Positions 28,445 to 39,600 of a stretch of 64,000 bases of DNA are shown here, piece after piece (position 1 is the first letter of the stretch; each line of letters begins with the position of its first letter). Both the position numbers and the translations under genes were made by a program. The notes under the pieces were generated by a model that saw nothing but the letters and a program-made list of their open reading frames with translations, was not told the origin of the DNA and did not search any database. Source of the DNA: an uncultured Candidatus Saccharibacteria bacterium (lineage in GTDB: Bacteria; Patescibacteriota; Dojkabacteria; J137); contig CAZSKK010000001.1 in the NCBI GenBank assembly GCA_964607415.1, positions 68,190 through 132,189 of the forward strand. The letters run 5' to 3'.

Positions 28445-29356
28445 TTAATCACCAACCATTGAAATACTTTTGAGTGCATTGTTTCTTAATTCATTGAAGT
28501 TGAGCTTTTCAGTTTCAACTTTCTTTGAATTAACTAGACTTGTAAGATCTACTTGGTTCTTTTTTGCCTGATCGGCTTTAACCAGTTCCTTAAGTCGTAA
28601 ATTAAACATTGCACCTGGTTTATCAAGTGGTTTGGTTTTATCGGCATTCGCAACACTTTGCATCTGTTTCACTTCTAAAAATGCTTTCTGGATTTGTACA
28701 TCAGTAATTTCTCCTTTGTTCTTTCGATTGATAACTTTTTGATAAAACTTAATGCTTTTCTCATCTGATAATTCTTTTGCTAAATATTTAGCTTCAACAT
28801 CGAATGAATCTTTACTAATCTTTGGAATCTCAAGCTGAGTAAATAAATTAGTCTTTTTACTCTCTAATCCTTTTTCTAAACGTAACGTTGTATATATCTT
28901 CTTAGTTGCTTCTACTTCCTTGTCTTCTACTTTGTCAGTTACTTTCACGGCTTCTTGAACATGAGATTCTTCGTACTCTTGAACTGGTATTTTTCCTACT
29001 TCTGGATGTGGCAAATTCTCCTCATCTGGAAAAAGCTTATATACCTCTTCCAATTCAATAATTTGATAAATATTTGGCTTATTTAAACCTGATTGTTTTA
29101 CAGTTATTAATCCAAACTCTTTTAATTCAGCCAGATCATCTCGGATCGTATCTATAGATACATTTAATTTCTCTGCTAATGTTTTTTGTGACGGATAGCA
29201 TTCCATATTTTCTCTAGCGTAATTTAATAAAAGAGCATAAAGGGTTTTCGCATTTCTCGACAATCCTTTAGCCATAAGAACAACTTTTGGTAACTTAACA
29301 AAGCCACCCTTAATAACTCTGTACTTTTTTTGGGTTTGTTCTTTTTCTTTAGCCAT
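28445..29356 (-). CDS. RepA_N-family replication initiator / replisome-organiser-like HTH protein
   Basis: FVKLPKVVLMAKGLSRNAKTLYALLLNYARE ... YPSQKTLAEKLNVSIDTIRDDLAELKEFGLI matches the RepA_N N-terminal signature (F.klPk ... ls..AK.lY.lLl). Confidence 0.55.
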   Translation of the reverse strand: MAKEKEQTQKKYRVIKGGFVKLPKVVLMAKGLSRNAKTLYALLLNYARENMECYPSQKTLAEKLNVSIDTIRDDLAELKEFGLITVKQSGLNKPNIYQIIELEEVYKLFPDEENLPHPEVGKIPVQEYEESHVQEAVKVTDKVEDKEVEATKKIYTTLRLEKGLESKKTNLFTQLEIPKISKDSFDVEAKYLAKELSDEKSIKFYQKVINRKNKGEITDVQIQKAFLEVKQMQSVANADKTKPLDKPGAMFNLRLKELVKADQAKKNQVDLTSLVNSKKVETEKLNFNELRNNALKSISMVGD

Positions 29357-29635
29357 TTAAAGTACATTGAAACAAACGTTTAATAAGTTATTTCTCGACT
29401 CAAACTCTATGTATCCTGCATGTTTCAAACTTTCAAAATTGATAAGCTCAAAGCATTTATCAAAGGCTTTTCTTAAATCAATTTGGCAATATCCACTCTC
29501 TGTAATTTGTTTAAGTAATTCAAAGTACAGACAACAGGCAGTACCATTAATTCTTGGATCACAAATAACATTTGTGATTGAATTAAGACACTTAGAATTT
29601 GCAATCTTGCGAAACTCAATATTTATTTGATTCAT
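29357..29635 (-). CDS. Small Cys-rich hypothetical protein
   Basis: 92 aa with 8 Cys. Confidence 0.25.
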   Translation of the reverse strand: MNQINIEFRKIANSKCLNSITNVICDPRINGTACCLYFELLKQITESGYCQIDLRKAFDKCFELINFESLKHAGYIEFESRNNLLNVCFNVL

Positions 29636-29653
29636 AAAGTTAAAAAGTAATAA

Positions 29654-30706
29654 TTAGTTATTTGGAAACAAGAAAGGCATTGGATCAACCCTGTCCCAAT
29701 TGCCTGATTGATTTTTGCTAAATATTTCTACATGGACATGTGTTCCTGTTGAAAAACCTGTACTTCCTATCTGGCACACTGGATCTCCATAAGCTAGAGT
29801 TGATCCATCTTCTGCTAAATGAGCAGAACAATGACAATACAAAGTTCTGTAATATGAATTAGCAACATATGAACATAAAGCTCCGTAAGAATCTTTGAAG
29901 TTTGTAACTGTACCTATAATGATTGATCTATTAATTGCTTCTTCGGTAGCCTTTCCTGGATTTTCTTGATACCAAGTATTTGATGGAACGATGTCTACAC
30001 CTAAATGGACATTTGTAACTCCATCAATTATTCGAGTTTCGTTATATCCAGAAGTAACAGTTCCTAAATCAGCTCTAGTTAAACCAATAGGATTACCATA
30101 AGGAATGAAAATTAAACCTGTAAGTAAGTTGTATACGACTTTGATTGATTCTTTCTTAGAGTGATTGTACTTATCAATTTTCTCTTCTGAACCTCCAGAT
30201 AAACTTGATAATTTATTAGCAAGAGTGAAGTAGTTATCACAAAGATCATTTTCAGTTATTGATCCATTATTATTTCCATCAGCTCCATGAGTAACCCAAT
30301 AGTCATCTGGGATTTCTAAGAATCCTTTACCAGAACCAATATGGTCAGCTTTAAATTCAGAAATTACTTGTGAGAATGCAGCTATCAATTCAAGTTCAAC
30401 TCCATACTTAGTCTTTGCAGATTCCATGCACTGTTTATGATCTTCTGGTATTTGTTCTAAAAATGTTCTTGCATCAACTGCCATTTGATAGGCTATAGAT
30501 TGAATGCCAAAACAACCGAAACAGAGAATCATAATAAAGAAGAGAAGAATCTTTTCTTTATGCTTCCATAAAATCTTTGTAATGATTGGGGCTACAACAG
30601 GTACAAGTTTATTTGATGCTAAAGCAAGCTTATTACCTATAAAATTATCAGCTTGTTTTAAAGCATTTTTACTTAAATCACTTTTGTTTTCTCCTGTATT
30701 ATTCAT
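29654..30706 (-). CDS. Cell-wall hydrolase with an M23 (LytM-type) peptidase domain (T4SS-associated)
   Basis: N-terminal TM; HLGVDIV (HxxxD) and GTHVHVEIF (HxH) M23 motifs. Confidence 0.65.
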   Translation of the reverse strand: MNNTGENKSDLSKNALKQADNFIGNKLALASNKLVPVVAPIITKILWKHKEKILLFFIMILCFGCFGIQSIAYQMAVDARTFLEQIPEDHKQCMESAKTKYGVELELIAAFSQVISEFKADHIGSGKGFLEIPDDYWVTHGADGNNNGSITENDLCDNYFTLANKLSSLSGGSEEKIDKYNHSKKESIKVVYNLLTGLIFIPYGNPIGLTRADLGTVTSGYNETRIIDGVTNVHLGVDIVPSNTWYQENPGKATEEAINRSIIIGTVTNFKDSYGALCSYVANSYYRTLYCHCSAHLAEDGSTLAYGDPVCQIGSTGFSTGTHVHVEIFSKNQSGNWDRVDPMPFLFPNN

Positions 30707-30708
30707 AG

Positions 30709-31581
30709 TTAATTAACTCTCAAAGTAAAATTTGAACTTACATTTAAACCACTTTTAGAAACTTGAACTGAACCATTAATATTTCCTGAATTACCTGCTG
30801 GTACAGTGAACGAAACTGCCATATTCCCACCTCCATCAGATTGAGATAAGGTGTAAACTCCTGTACCTGATTGCCAATTAACAGTCACATATCCGAAAGC
30901 ACCGCTTACAGGATTTCCATTTTGATCTTTAACACTACAATTCACTCCAACGCTTTGACCTACAAATGGATTAGTATTTGTTATTGAACAACTCATTCTT
31001 AAACCAGTCACAGGACTTGGTTGCGGTGGAGGTGGTTCAGGTGTTGGAGTTGGAGCAGGCGGATTCGGCTGCGGTTGTGGTGTAGGAGCTGGTTGTTGAC
31101 TAGGAGGATTTACAGCTTCTGGATCAGGCTTTCTCTCCACTTCCCGATTTACATTTATAGTTACCCTATTCTCAATGCCATTAGTGTTTTTAACCTTTAC
31201 TTCAATTGCATTTTTGCCTTCAACAAGCTCAATTTTATATTCAAAATTTCCATCGCCTGCTACAGTAATTTTATTACCATTAACCCAAGCTTCATTTCCT
31301 ATATCAGTAGATGCAACTAAAACAACTGATGTTTCTTTTGTATTAAACCCATCAGTTAAATTCTTAATTTCTAATTTAGGTTTTGTTTCATCTGTTGGTT
31401 CTGGCTCTGGATTTTCTACTGGATATGAAGCTGGTGTTTCCGTGCTTCCTTGTGTAAAGTTTAGTTGTCCTGTTGAATATAGTTCTATAAATAAAGCTAT
31501 AGAAAAAGGAATCAACAAAGTGATTACTAAAAATATGTATCCATGTTTTAAGTTTTTCTTAACCTCCTGCTTCTTGTTCAT
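30709..31581 (-). CDS. Membrane-anchored surface protein with an Ig-like domain and a proline-rich linker
   Basis: N-terminal TM; PPSQQPAPTPQPQPNPPAPTPTPEPPPPQPSP linker. Confidence 0.4.
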   Translation of the reverse strand: MNKKQEVKKNLKHGYIFLVITLLIPFSIALFIELYSTGQLNFTQGSTETPASYPVENPEPEPTDETKPKLEIKNLTDGFNTKETSVVLVASTDIGNEAWVNGNKITVAGDGNFEYKIELVEGKNAIEVKVKNTNGIENRVTINVNREVERKPDPEAVNPPSQQPAPTPQPQPNPPAPTPTPEPPPPQPSPVTGLRMSCSITNTNPFVGQSVGVNCSVKDQNGNPVSGAFGYVTVNWQSGTGVYTLSQSDGGGNMAVSFTVPAGNSGNINGSVQVSKSGLNVSSNFTLRVN

Positions 31582-33415
31582 ATTTTCTTTGGCTGTCTAA
31601 TTTAGATAAATCCTCAGCAGATGAAGAGAATATTGATTTCTCAATTTCTGTTGGGTACACGTAAATGTGTGAATGAATGTTCCCCTTAATAAATAAAGCC
31701 TGTCCTTTTGTAAGCCTTGTAATGTAATCTCGTTCTATGTCTGAAAGATCAAATGCTTTAACTAAATTTGGAATTGATTGTTTCTTTTGAGAAAGAATTA
31801 ATGCTGTATCTGCATTTTTAGCAATCACAGATCCTTGAGGATGTTCTAAAAAGTCATCAACATCTTGAGAAATGCAAATAACACCAAGATTGTATTTTCT
31901 TCCTCGTCTAACTAAGTTCTCAATAAAAGAAGCTGAAGATTCATCCTTTAGTAGCAAGTGAGCTTCATCAATTATTAGGACTTTCTTTTTCCTGTCAGAA
32001 AGCACTTTCTGCCAGATGAAATTTGAAAGATAATATATTGATGCTTGCTTTTCAGCTTCAGGGACTCGCTGAATGTTAAATACAATCATTGGAGCATTGA
32101 AATCGACATCAGAAGTTGTAGGATTATCATATAGATCTCCAAGCTCCCCCTTTTTAGAGTATTCTAAAAGTTCAACTGCAATTCTTTTTCCATCAGATCC
32201 TTGTTTCTCAAAACTTTTAATAAGGTCTGATACAGTTGGAGGCTCTTTTGAATAAGTTGAAGGATCTTCTAATATAATTCCTTTCTCGATGTAAGTTTCA
32301 TTTACAGCTTTACTGACAATTCCTCGATTGTAAGTTTTGTTAGATAACCAGATTCGGATAAGTCCTTTTACAACTCCGAGATGAGTTCTCATAGTTTCCT
32401 TTGAGTCGATATCATTGGAGAAAAATTGAAGTGGATTTACTTTAGTTTTTGATTCTGGATTAATATCTATGTTCGTTCCTCCAACATAATCACAAAGAGC
32501 TTTAAATTCTCCTTCAGGATCTATAACATAGACTGAAATACCTCTAAATAACGATCTGTAAGCTTCTAATTTAGCAGCGAAAGATTTTCCCGCACCAGAA
32601 GTCGCAAAGATGATTCCATTGTAATTTTTAGAAGTTTTTGAAAAACGATCGAAGCGAACTTTTGAGCCTCCATTTGTGATTCCATAAAAGATTCCATCGG
32701 GATCATTTAGAGCTGCTGTTGTAAAAGGTAATGATGAAGATACATTTGAACTTGTTAATGAAAACTCTTCACCTATTCTATTTATTCCTGATGGTAATAA
32801 GCTTTCAATTCCTTGTCTTTCTTTGAAAACAAGAGGATGTAATTTAATTTGCTTTGCATAAGCTAACTCTTTAAGTGATTTCTCTGATTTAGTAAGTTCC
32901 TTTAAATCATAATTCTCAAATTTTAAATACATACTCATTGAGTAGAGTTTTTCAACTCCTCTAACTATGGAGTCTTCAACTGCTCTTGCATCTTGAATTG
33001 CTTGCTCAATGTCTGTTGTATGAATCTTACCTTTTTCAACTTTTGAATAGTATTGAGCTGAAAGGTTTGTAATTCTATTTCTAAGTCCTGATAAAGCTTT
33101 TTGAGAATCAATTGGTCTAATAAATTGAGATATTACTAATGGCTCGCTGTAATTTGTTAAATCATAAAGCCAATTAGGGTAAATAATCTGAGGAAATTCA
33201 GATACCATAAGTGTACTTATATATTTATCTGATAACTCAATGTACTTTCCTTTATTTACAAATTCATAAAGCAAAGTATCATCAGAATCAAACTTGGATA
33301 TTTCTTTATTCCTTGAAAAATCTTTAACAAGTGTTCGACCTTTAGCTTCAATTTTGAGGTTAAAATCTAATAGAGCAAACCTTGTTTGTACAAAGTAGTA
33401 TTTGAATGGATTCAT
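31559..33415 (-). CDS. VirB4/TrsE-like conjugative ATPase
   Basis: Walker A GIIFATSGAGKSF; Walker B KKVLIIDEAHLLL; ARRGRKYNLGVICISQ (RK ... Q motif); 618 aa. Confidence 0.6.
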   Translation of the reverse strand: MNPFKYYFVQTRFALLDFNLKIEAKGRTLVKDFSRNKEISKFDSDDTLLYEFVNKGKYIELSDKYISTLMVSEFPQIIYPNWLYDLTNYSEPLVISQFIRPIDSQKALSGLRNRITNLSAQYYSKVEKGKIHTTDIEQAIQDARAVEDSIVRGVEKLYSMSMYLKFENYDLKELTKSEKSLKELAYAKQIKLHPLVFKERQGIESLLPSGINRIGEEFSLTSSNVSSSLPFTTAALNDPDGIFYGITNGGSKVRFDRFSKTSKNYNGIIFATSGAGKSFAAKLEAYRSLFRGISVYVIDPEGEFKALCDYVGGTNIDINPESKTKVNPLQFFSNDIDSKETMRTHLGVVKGLIRIWLSNKTYNRGIVSKAVNETYIEKGIILEDPSTYSKEPPTVSDLIKSFEKQGSDGKRIAVELLEYSKKGELGDLYDNPTTSDVDFNAPMIVFNIQRVPEAEKQASIYYLSNFIWQKVLSDRKKKVLIIDEAHLLLKDESSASFIENLVRRGRKYNLGVICISQDVDDFLEHPQGSVIAKNADTALILSQKKQSIPNLVKAFDLSDIERDYITRLTKGQALFIKGNIHSHIYVYPTEIEKSIFSSSAEDLSKLDSQRKYEQEAGG

Positions 33416-34170
33416 TAATGTTTTTCTAAAATGTATTGTGATAAATCCAAGATCTCGCTTGTATTAAGTTCGATTAACTTAACCTTTGTTGTTTCAAGAA
33501 GTCTTATAAATATTTCTTGATCTTCTAGTTTTCTCTTTGCTCCATCTAAAGTTTTTGATTGAGCAGTAATAATCAAGTAGAAAGTCCTTTCCATCGTTTG
33601 ATTAAGTTTTTTGTATTCATCTAAATATTCAGTAGCTCTTTTTCGTAAGATTCCCGTAAGATCTTTAATTCTTCTTTCTTCGGTTTCTAAGTTCTGATCG
33701 TTAAATGAATACCTTTGTAAGGTAATAATCTGAATAGGATTTTTTAAAGCAAATAGAGCTTGCTGAATGTAGCTTTTAAAAGCATTAACCTCTTCTTCAG
33801 AACTCATTGAAAGATTGATTGGCTCAATTCTATAGACTTTAGAATAAGAACCATCAGCATTTATTAAGATTCCGTCACTAATATCTTTTGCTAGAATAGT
33901 TCGCTGCTTTTTGGAATTAATAAAATGGGAAAAGGCATCAAGCACAAACTTATGAAAAGGTCTTCCATAAATATCAAACATTAAAGGAATCAAGACTGCT
34001 CCAATGACAATTTCAATAATGATCTTTTGATCTGATGAAAGATTCTTAGCTCCACTCCATAGAAATAGAGATAAAACGAAACCTATAGTTATTACTATAT
34101 TTCTTCGATTAACTAACAGACTTAATAAGCCTGTGTCTTTATTTAACTTTGGCGGAACTACTTCTTGCAT
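33415..34170 (-). CDS. Hypothetical membrane protein (T4SS component candidate)
   Basis: Two N-terminal TM segments; located between the VirB6-like and VirB4-like genes. Confidence 0.3.
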   Translation of the reverse strand: MQEVVPPKLNKDTGLLSLLVNRRNIVITIGFVLSLFLWSGAKNLSSDQKIIIEIVIGAVLIPLMFDIYGRPFHKFVLDAFSHFINSKKQRTILAKDISDGILINADGSYSKVYRIEPINLSMSSEEEVNAFKSYIQQALFALKNPIQIITLQRYSFNDQNLETEERRIKDLTGILRKRATEYLDEYKKLNQTMERTFYLIITAQSKTLDGAKRKLEDQEIFIRLLETTKVKLIELNTSEILDLSQYILEKH

Positions 34171-36184
34171 TTTGATTTGATTTAACTTGTGGTTTATTTA
34201 ATTGGTAATACTTGTTTATTGGCTCTCCGTTTTGTGTTTTATCAGTAACCTTTAATGTATTAATTCCTTGAGATCTAAAGTAACCTTCACTTTGTCCCTT
34301 CTGTAAAATCTCGTTTCTACTTTGAGGATTATTTATAAACTTCTGATAGCTTTGAACTGATTTACCTGAACTCATTGATTCATTCTTTGCATACCAGTTT
34401 GTTAAATGTCCCCAATGAGCTTGATTTGATGTATCGAAAGTTTTACCCATGCTTACATTCATTTGTTTATGAGAAATTGATGAATCAAGTAATGAATTTG
34501 TTTGTGTATTTGAAGGTGTAAAGCCACTCAAATTTGCGACACTATTAATATTTGATTGTTGTTCAGTCATTGGAAATCCAAAGCTTCCGCCTAAATTAGA
34601 AGCTGTGAAAGCAGAAGACAATCTGTTTGAATCCTTAACACTAACTTTTGAAATATCTCCAAAGTTAGGAGTATTAGTGAATAAACTTTTAGTAGGGGAA
34701 TCTGGCTTTAGAGAATTAGCATCTAATGGAGTCATGCCTAACTTTCCAAATGCTCCTGATGTTTTCTCTCCATTTTTCATTGCAGTTTTGAATACACCGC
34801 CCTTATCAGCAAAGTTTTTTCCTTGTTCAATTATTCCTTTACCATTACCTCCTAAACCTTGAAGTGGATTTTGACCTGTTATTGCTCGACCAATTCCTTT
34901 AGCACCAAACATTCTTAAAGATCCTGATTTCTCACCTGTTGCCCCTGCAACAATACCTTTTTTTAATAATGAAGCTTGACCAACAGTACCCATAGCAAAC
35001 ATTCCTGCTGCAATTCCACCTCCCATAGTCCAAAGAAATCCCGATATTCTATTTACAATTATTGGAACTGTATTTAAGAAAGAAACAGCACCGAGTCCTA
35101 AAACAATTTTGGCAACTGATCCATTCCCTCCTTTTATAATTTCAATTACAACAGCAAACCCTAACAAGAAAATTGGTTGAACAATTAAAGTTCTTACAAT
35201 TTCTTCAATCCAAGTTCTTAAAAACTGCCCGCCTCCTGGCATTAGTCCAATTACATAAATCACTGGATACAAAATCATATGAAGTAATAAGTGGAAAAAT
35301 CTAACAATGAATTGAAATAATAAAAGAACAAGGAAGCAAAGTAATGTTCCCCAAATGATTGCCTGAGCGAATGGATTAAATCCTCCCGAATCTGGAAAGC
35401 TTAACTTTGAACCATCACTTTGTACTCCCATTGCAGATAAAACTGCTTGAGATAAAAGTGAAGAGTTTCCGCTAATAAGATCTTGAATGATTAATTTATT
35501 AATCGCGTTCATTAGATCTATGGCTTGAACCAAAATATACCTTGTTGCTGCCATTGCTATCACAAAGATCAGAACTTTTTTACCAAGTTGCATCAAGAGT
35601 TCTCGACCTTTGAATGATCCTTCCATAATGATTGCAGCTCCATTCATTACTATGAATAATGGAAGTAGCAACCAAGCTAAGGCATTTGTAAGGTTATAGA
35701 ATTTATCAATTTGAATTGGAACTTCAGAACCGAAGCCATAAATTTCACCATCGTTTCTTCCGATGTTTGGAGTTGAGCCAACGAAGTTATCAAATAGATT
35801 TAAAACTTCTTGAACTAACTTATTTATAGCTTCAACTATGGGATCTAAAATGCTACCTAGTGGGTCAATACCAAATATACCAATGCTTCTTTCTTCTTTT
35901 ACTTTTTCAACATCAAGTTCAGGAACATCCATGTTGTACTTATCAAATACAACTGGAATGTTCGCTGAAGAAACTGTTACAGTTTCAATACTTTGTTCAG
36001 GTTTATTTGAGTTATGAATAATTCCCACGACCTGCGTTAAGAGAATCAAAACGAAAAGACTTGTTGAAAAGATTACTAAATGTTTTAGCTGTCTTTTTTG
36101 AACTTTGTCTGCGTTTTGAACTCTCTCCGCAAGATCGCTGGTTCGCGTACCTATGTTTTGGATTCTTTTAAGTAGCTTAAACAT
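34139..36184 (-). CDS. Polytopic membrane protein, VirB6/TrbL-like
   Basis: At least 6 TM helices in the central part; S/N/Q/G-rich C-terminal tail; 681 aa. Confidence 0.4.
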   Translation of the reverse strand: MFKLLKRIQNIGTRTSDLAERVQNADKVQKRQLKHLVIFSTSLFVLILLTQVVGIIHNSNKPEQSIETVTVSSANIPVVFDKYNMDVPELDVEKVKEERSIGIFGIDPLGSILDPIVEAINKLVQEVLNLFDNFVGSTPNIGRNDGEIYGFGSEVPIQIDKFYNLTNALAWLLLPLFIVMNGAAIIMEGSFKGRELLMQLGKKVLIFVIAMAATRYILVQAIDLMNAINKLIIQDLISGNSSLLSQAVLSAMGVQSDGSKLSFPDSGGFNPFAQAIIWGTLLCFLVLLLFQFIVRFFHLLLHMILYPVIYVIGLMPGGGQFLRTWIEEIVRTLIVQPIFLLGFAVVIEIIKGGNGSVAKIVLGLGAVSFLNTVPIIVNRISGFLWTMGGGIAAGMFAMGTVGQASLLKKGIVAGATGEKSGSLRMFGAKGIGRAITGQNPLQGLGGNGKGIIEQGKNFADKGGVFKTAMKNGEKTSGAFGKLGMTPLDANSLKPDSPTKSLFTNTPNFGDISKVSVKDSNRLSSAFTASNLGGSFGFPMTEQQSNINSVANLSGFTPSNTQTNSLLDSSISHKQMNVSMGKTFDTSNQAHWGHLTNWYAKNESMSSGKSVQSYQKFINNPQSRNEILQKGQSEGYFRSQGINTLKVTDKTQNGEPINKYYQLNKPQVKSNQNARSSSAKVK

Positions 36185-36545
36185 TTGCGATAAATCTTAT
36201 TGCGTCTAAAATTAAATTTGGGTTGAATAAGAAAATCGCTGCAACTACTAAAAGAAAGATATCTCTTATTAAAGTAGTTCTAACCATTGGATCATCCTTC
36301 CTTTCAAGTAAGGTGAAAGCATCTCTTACAATGAAAAGTAATAGAACTGCTGATCCAACTTGAGTCATAATTGAAATTACTCTTTCAACAATTAGATTAA
36401 TTTCGTCAGCAGGACTAACAGCAGCAGCAAATACCTTTCTTGTAAGCATCCAAGTTGTTGTGAAGGATGTAACAAAAAGTACCCACAATCTATTCAGCAA
36501 ATTTTTGTTTTTGAGAATTCTTTTTCTTAAAGTTAATTTATTCAT
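36177..36545 (-). CDS. Small two-TM protein, VirB2/TrbC pilin-like candidate
   Basis: Signal-like N-terminus then two hydrophobic segments; 122 aa; first in the VirB2-B6-B4-like gene order. Confidence 0.3.
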   Translation of the reverse strand: MNKLTLRKRILKNKNLLNRLWVLFVTSFTTTWMLTRKVFAAAVSPADEINLIVERVISIMTQVGSAVLLLFIVRDAFTLLERKDDPMVRTTLIRDIFLLVVAAIFLFNPNLILDAIRFIANV

Positions 36546-36663
36546 CTAGTAATTAATAAAAAATAAAATTATTTGTTTCTTTCTCGTCTTTCTTTCCAGA
36601 TCCCTCGAAGTATCAGGAATGAACAGTAAGAAATGACGAGTGTAAGAGTTATTGAAATCACAA

Positions 36664-39600
36664 TCATTTCTTTCGTTTCTTAAAATTTAAAATCAACATG
36701 GTTACTCCAACTCCGATAAGTGAGATTCCTAAACCAATTGGTATTAGGATTGAGTCTCCTGTGTCAGCAATTACAATGTCTCGGTAAATTCCTGCATTTA
36801 AGAAAGTGATGCATCCACTGGCAGTTACATATCTGATTCCGTCTTCAACATAATCTTCAGGAACTCCATCTTCTCTTGGAGGTAATAGTGCTAAGGTATA
36901 TTCATTTACAGTTGTGAATTCATCAAAGCCATTAGGCATCTCTACAGTTACATGAAGAGGAGTATAGAAAGGTAATCCAGTGTAAACATAATGACCGCTT
37001 TGATCTGTATATAATTCAACTTCATTTTCAGGAAGATATTCTGAAGCAGACCATCTAAGTCTGATTCTTGCATTTTCAATTCCAAATTCCTCTTCCTCAA
37101 AAATTCCGTTCTTATTATTGTCATCCCAAATAAAGCCACCCATACAACAAGCATTTGTTGTAACTGCTACAGCCTCACTTTCAACCGTTTCTACAACTGG
37201 TGAATAAATGATTGCTGAGTTTCTAATCTCTGTATCAGAAGGTGTTGGAATTTCAATTACAACTGTAAAACTCACAGATCCCTCACTTCCTGCTTGAATG
37301 TTTCCCAAATCCCATTGAACTTCATTGTTTTCAGCATCATAAGTTCCTAAAACTTCTGGATTACTTTCACCAAAGGAAACAAATAATGTATGTTCAGGAA
37401 TTGAATCAACTAGAGTAGTGCTTGGTGAAAATCCTGTACCAGTATTTCTGTAAGTCAATGTGTAAGTTATTGGCTGACCTGGTGCTACAACTTCTGGAAG
37501 ATCTTGCACTTTTGTTAGTTCAAGGGTTGGAGTTAGAACATCAGTAGAATCGGTTACAATTTCAGATTCAAATGTAGGAGTAGTTAAACCAACATTATTA
37601 ATTAGTGTTGTAGTTCCTCCTGGCATTATCAAAGGAATTTGCACTTGATAAGTGAAAGTTCTACTTTGACCTGCATTTAAAGTTAATCCTTCATCTACAT
37701 TTGTATCTTCCCAAATAATTGTTCTATTACCATCAAAGTTTCCTTCAGGATCTACACTGTCTTCGGAAAGCACAACGTGTTCTGGCAATAAATCCTCAAT
37801 TCTTAAATTGTATCCGTCCCCAGTCCCTAAGTTTTCAAGAGTAATAGTGTAGGTTAAAAATTCGCCTGGATTAGTTTCAGTAGTATTATCTGTTTTAGAT
37901 AATCTATATCTCGGAGTTAGAACATTTGTAGTTGTAGAGTCACTTAAAGGTGAAGTTTCCTCTGAATCAATGGTTGCAGTATTTACAATTGATCTATCTT
38001 GTTCGGCTGTCCGATTTAGAACTAAATCAAATGTAAAGTTTCCATCTTCACCTTCAGCAAGATCACCAATATTCCAAGTAATGATATTGGTATTAGAATC
38101 ATAACTACCTCCACCTGAAATGTTTTCAACACCTTGAATTTCATTTACTGATGCAAATTGAGTTAGATCATCTGTAAGAATTACATTTGTTGCATCTGTA
38201 TCTCCATTGTTTGCATAATCAATACTAAATGTAAGTCTTCGCTCTGAATCATTGTAATGATCTCCTTGAACTGTGTTTACTTCCACAGATGTTTCATCAC
38301 TATCAGTTACGACTTTTGAAATGTCTAAGACTGCTCTTGGATTTACATTTGTTGTGACAGTTGAAGTATTACTGCCTGGAATATTTGTAGTTACTGAATT
38401 AGGAAACAAGTAATCACCATGAGCTAAATCAAAGATTTGGGCTTGTACTGCAAAGGTTCTTGTTTCTCCGTGTTCTAAAGATGGAATATTCCAAGTTAAT
38501 GTATCTCCATTATCAGATCCACCATCTGCATAATTGATTGAAACAAAGTTTTGATCATAATTATCAGTTACTACAACATCATTTACTCTTCCTCCATTAT
38601 TAGTAACGGAAACATTGTAAGTAATGTTTTCTCTATTTAGAGCTGTGTTATTAGTTACATTTGTTTCATTAGAATCACTAACTGTTTTAGTAGTTTGAAC
38701 ACTAGGTGCTAAATTTACAGTTGCATTAGAAGAAGTGAAATTGTAAGGAATAATACTTACTGAGAATGTAGAAAAGTTTTGACTAGCCCAAGTTCCTTGA
38801 GGTGCAGCCCATCCAGCAGGTGCATTATGGTCATCTCTCCAAATAAAGCCTGGTTGAGCATCATGGCTTAAATCTTGTGAATGGCTTTTAGCTCTTGAAG
38901 TTGATTCAGTATAAGTATTGTTATCATAGATCTGAACATTATTAGTAATGTTTAGAGGATATGAAGTATTCCAATTGTCATAATATGTAATTGTTCTTGT
39001 TTCTCCTGCACTAAATGAGTGTGTTTGATCGTAAGTTGCTCCTGATGGAAGATTGTCTAAAACTCTGATATTCCCGACATTGTAAGTTGAGACATTTCGT
39101 AATGTTAGATCATATCTAATATTTAAGTTTGCTCCTGACCATTCGGGTGTAGCAGAGTATGAAACTTGTTGAATTGGTTGAATAGTGTTGAATGAATACA
39201 CAACTCTTCCACCTGCATTACCATTTGGATCTGCACCAAAGCCTCCTTGATTACCAATTACAACAAGATTACCGCTTCTACATCCTCCAACTGCATCACA
39301 AACAGTAGAATATCCACCACCTGCACCTAATCTTGTAATATCCCCTTCACTTGGATTTGATCGTGAAGTAAATAAATCTACTCTTGGTACATTTACATTA
39401 TGACCAGTTAAGTTCCAAACCCAGTAACCAACTTGTACAGTTGATCCGGGTGGAACTGCTACATGTCTCATATTATCGAATCTATCTCCATAGAATCCAT
39501 TAACAGCAGTAACACCATTTACTGGTGTACCCTGAATTGATCCTGCTCCCCATCCTTGAACTTGACCTCCGTTATATGAAACTCCATTTCCTAAATTAGA

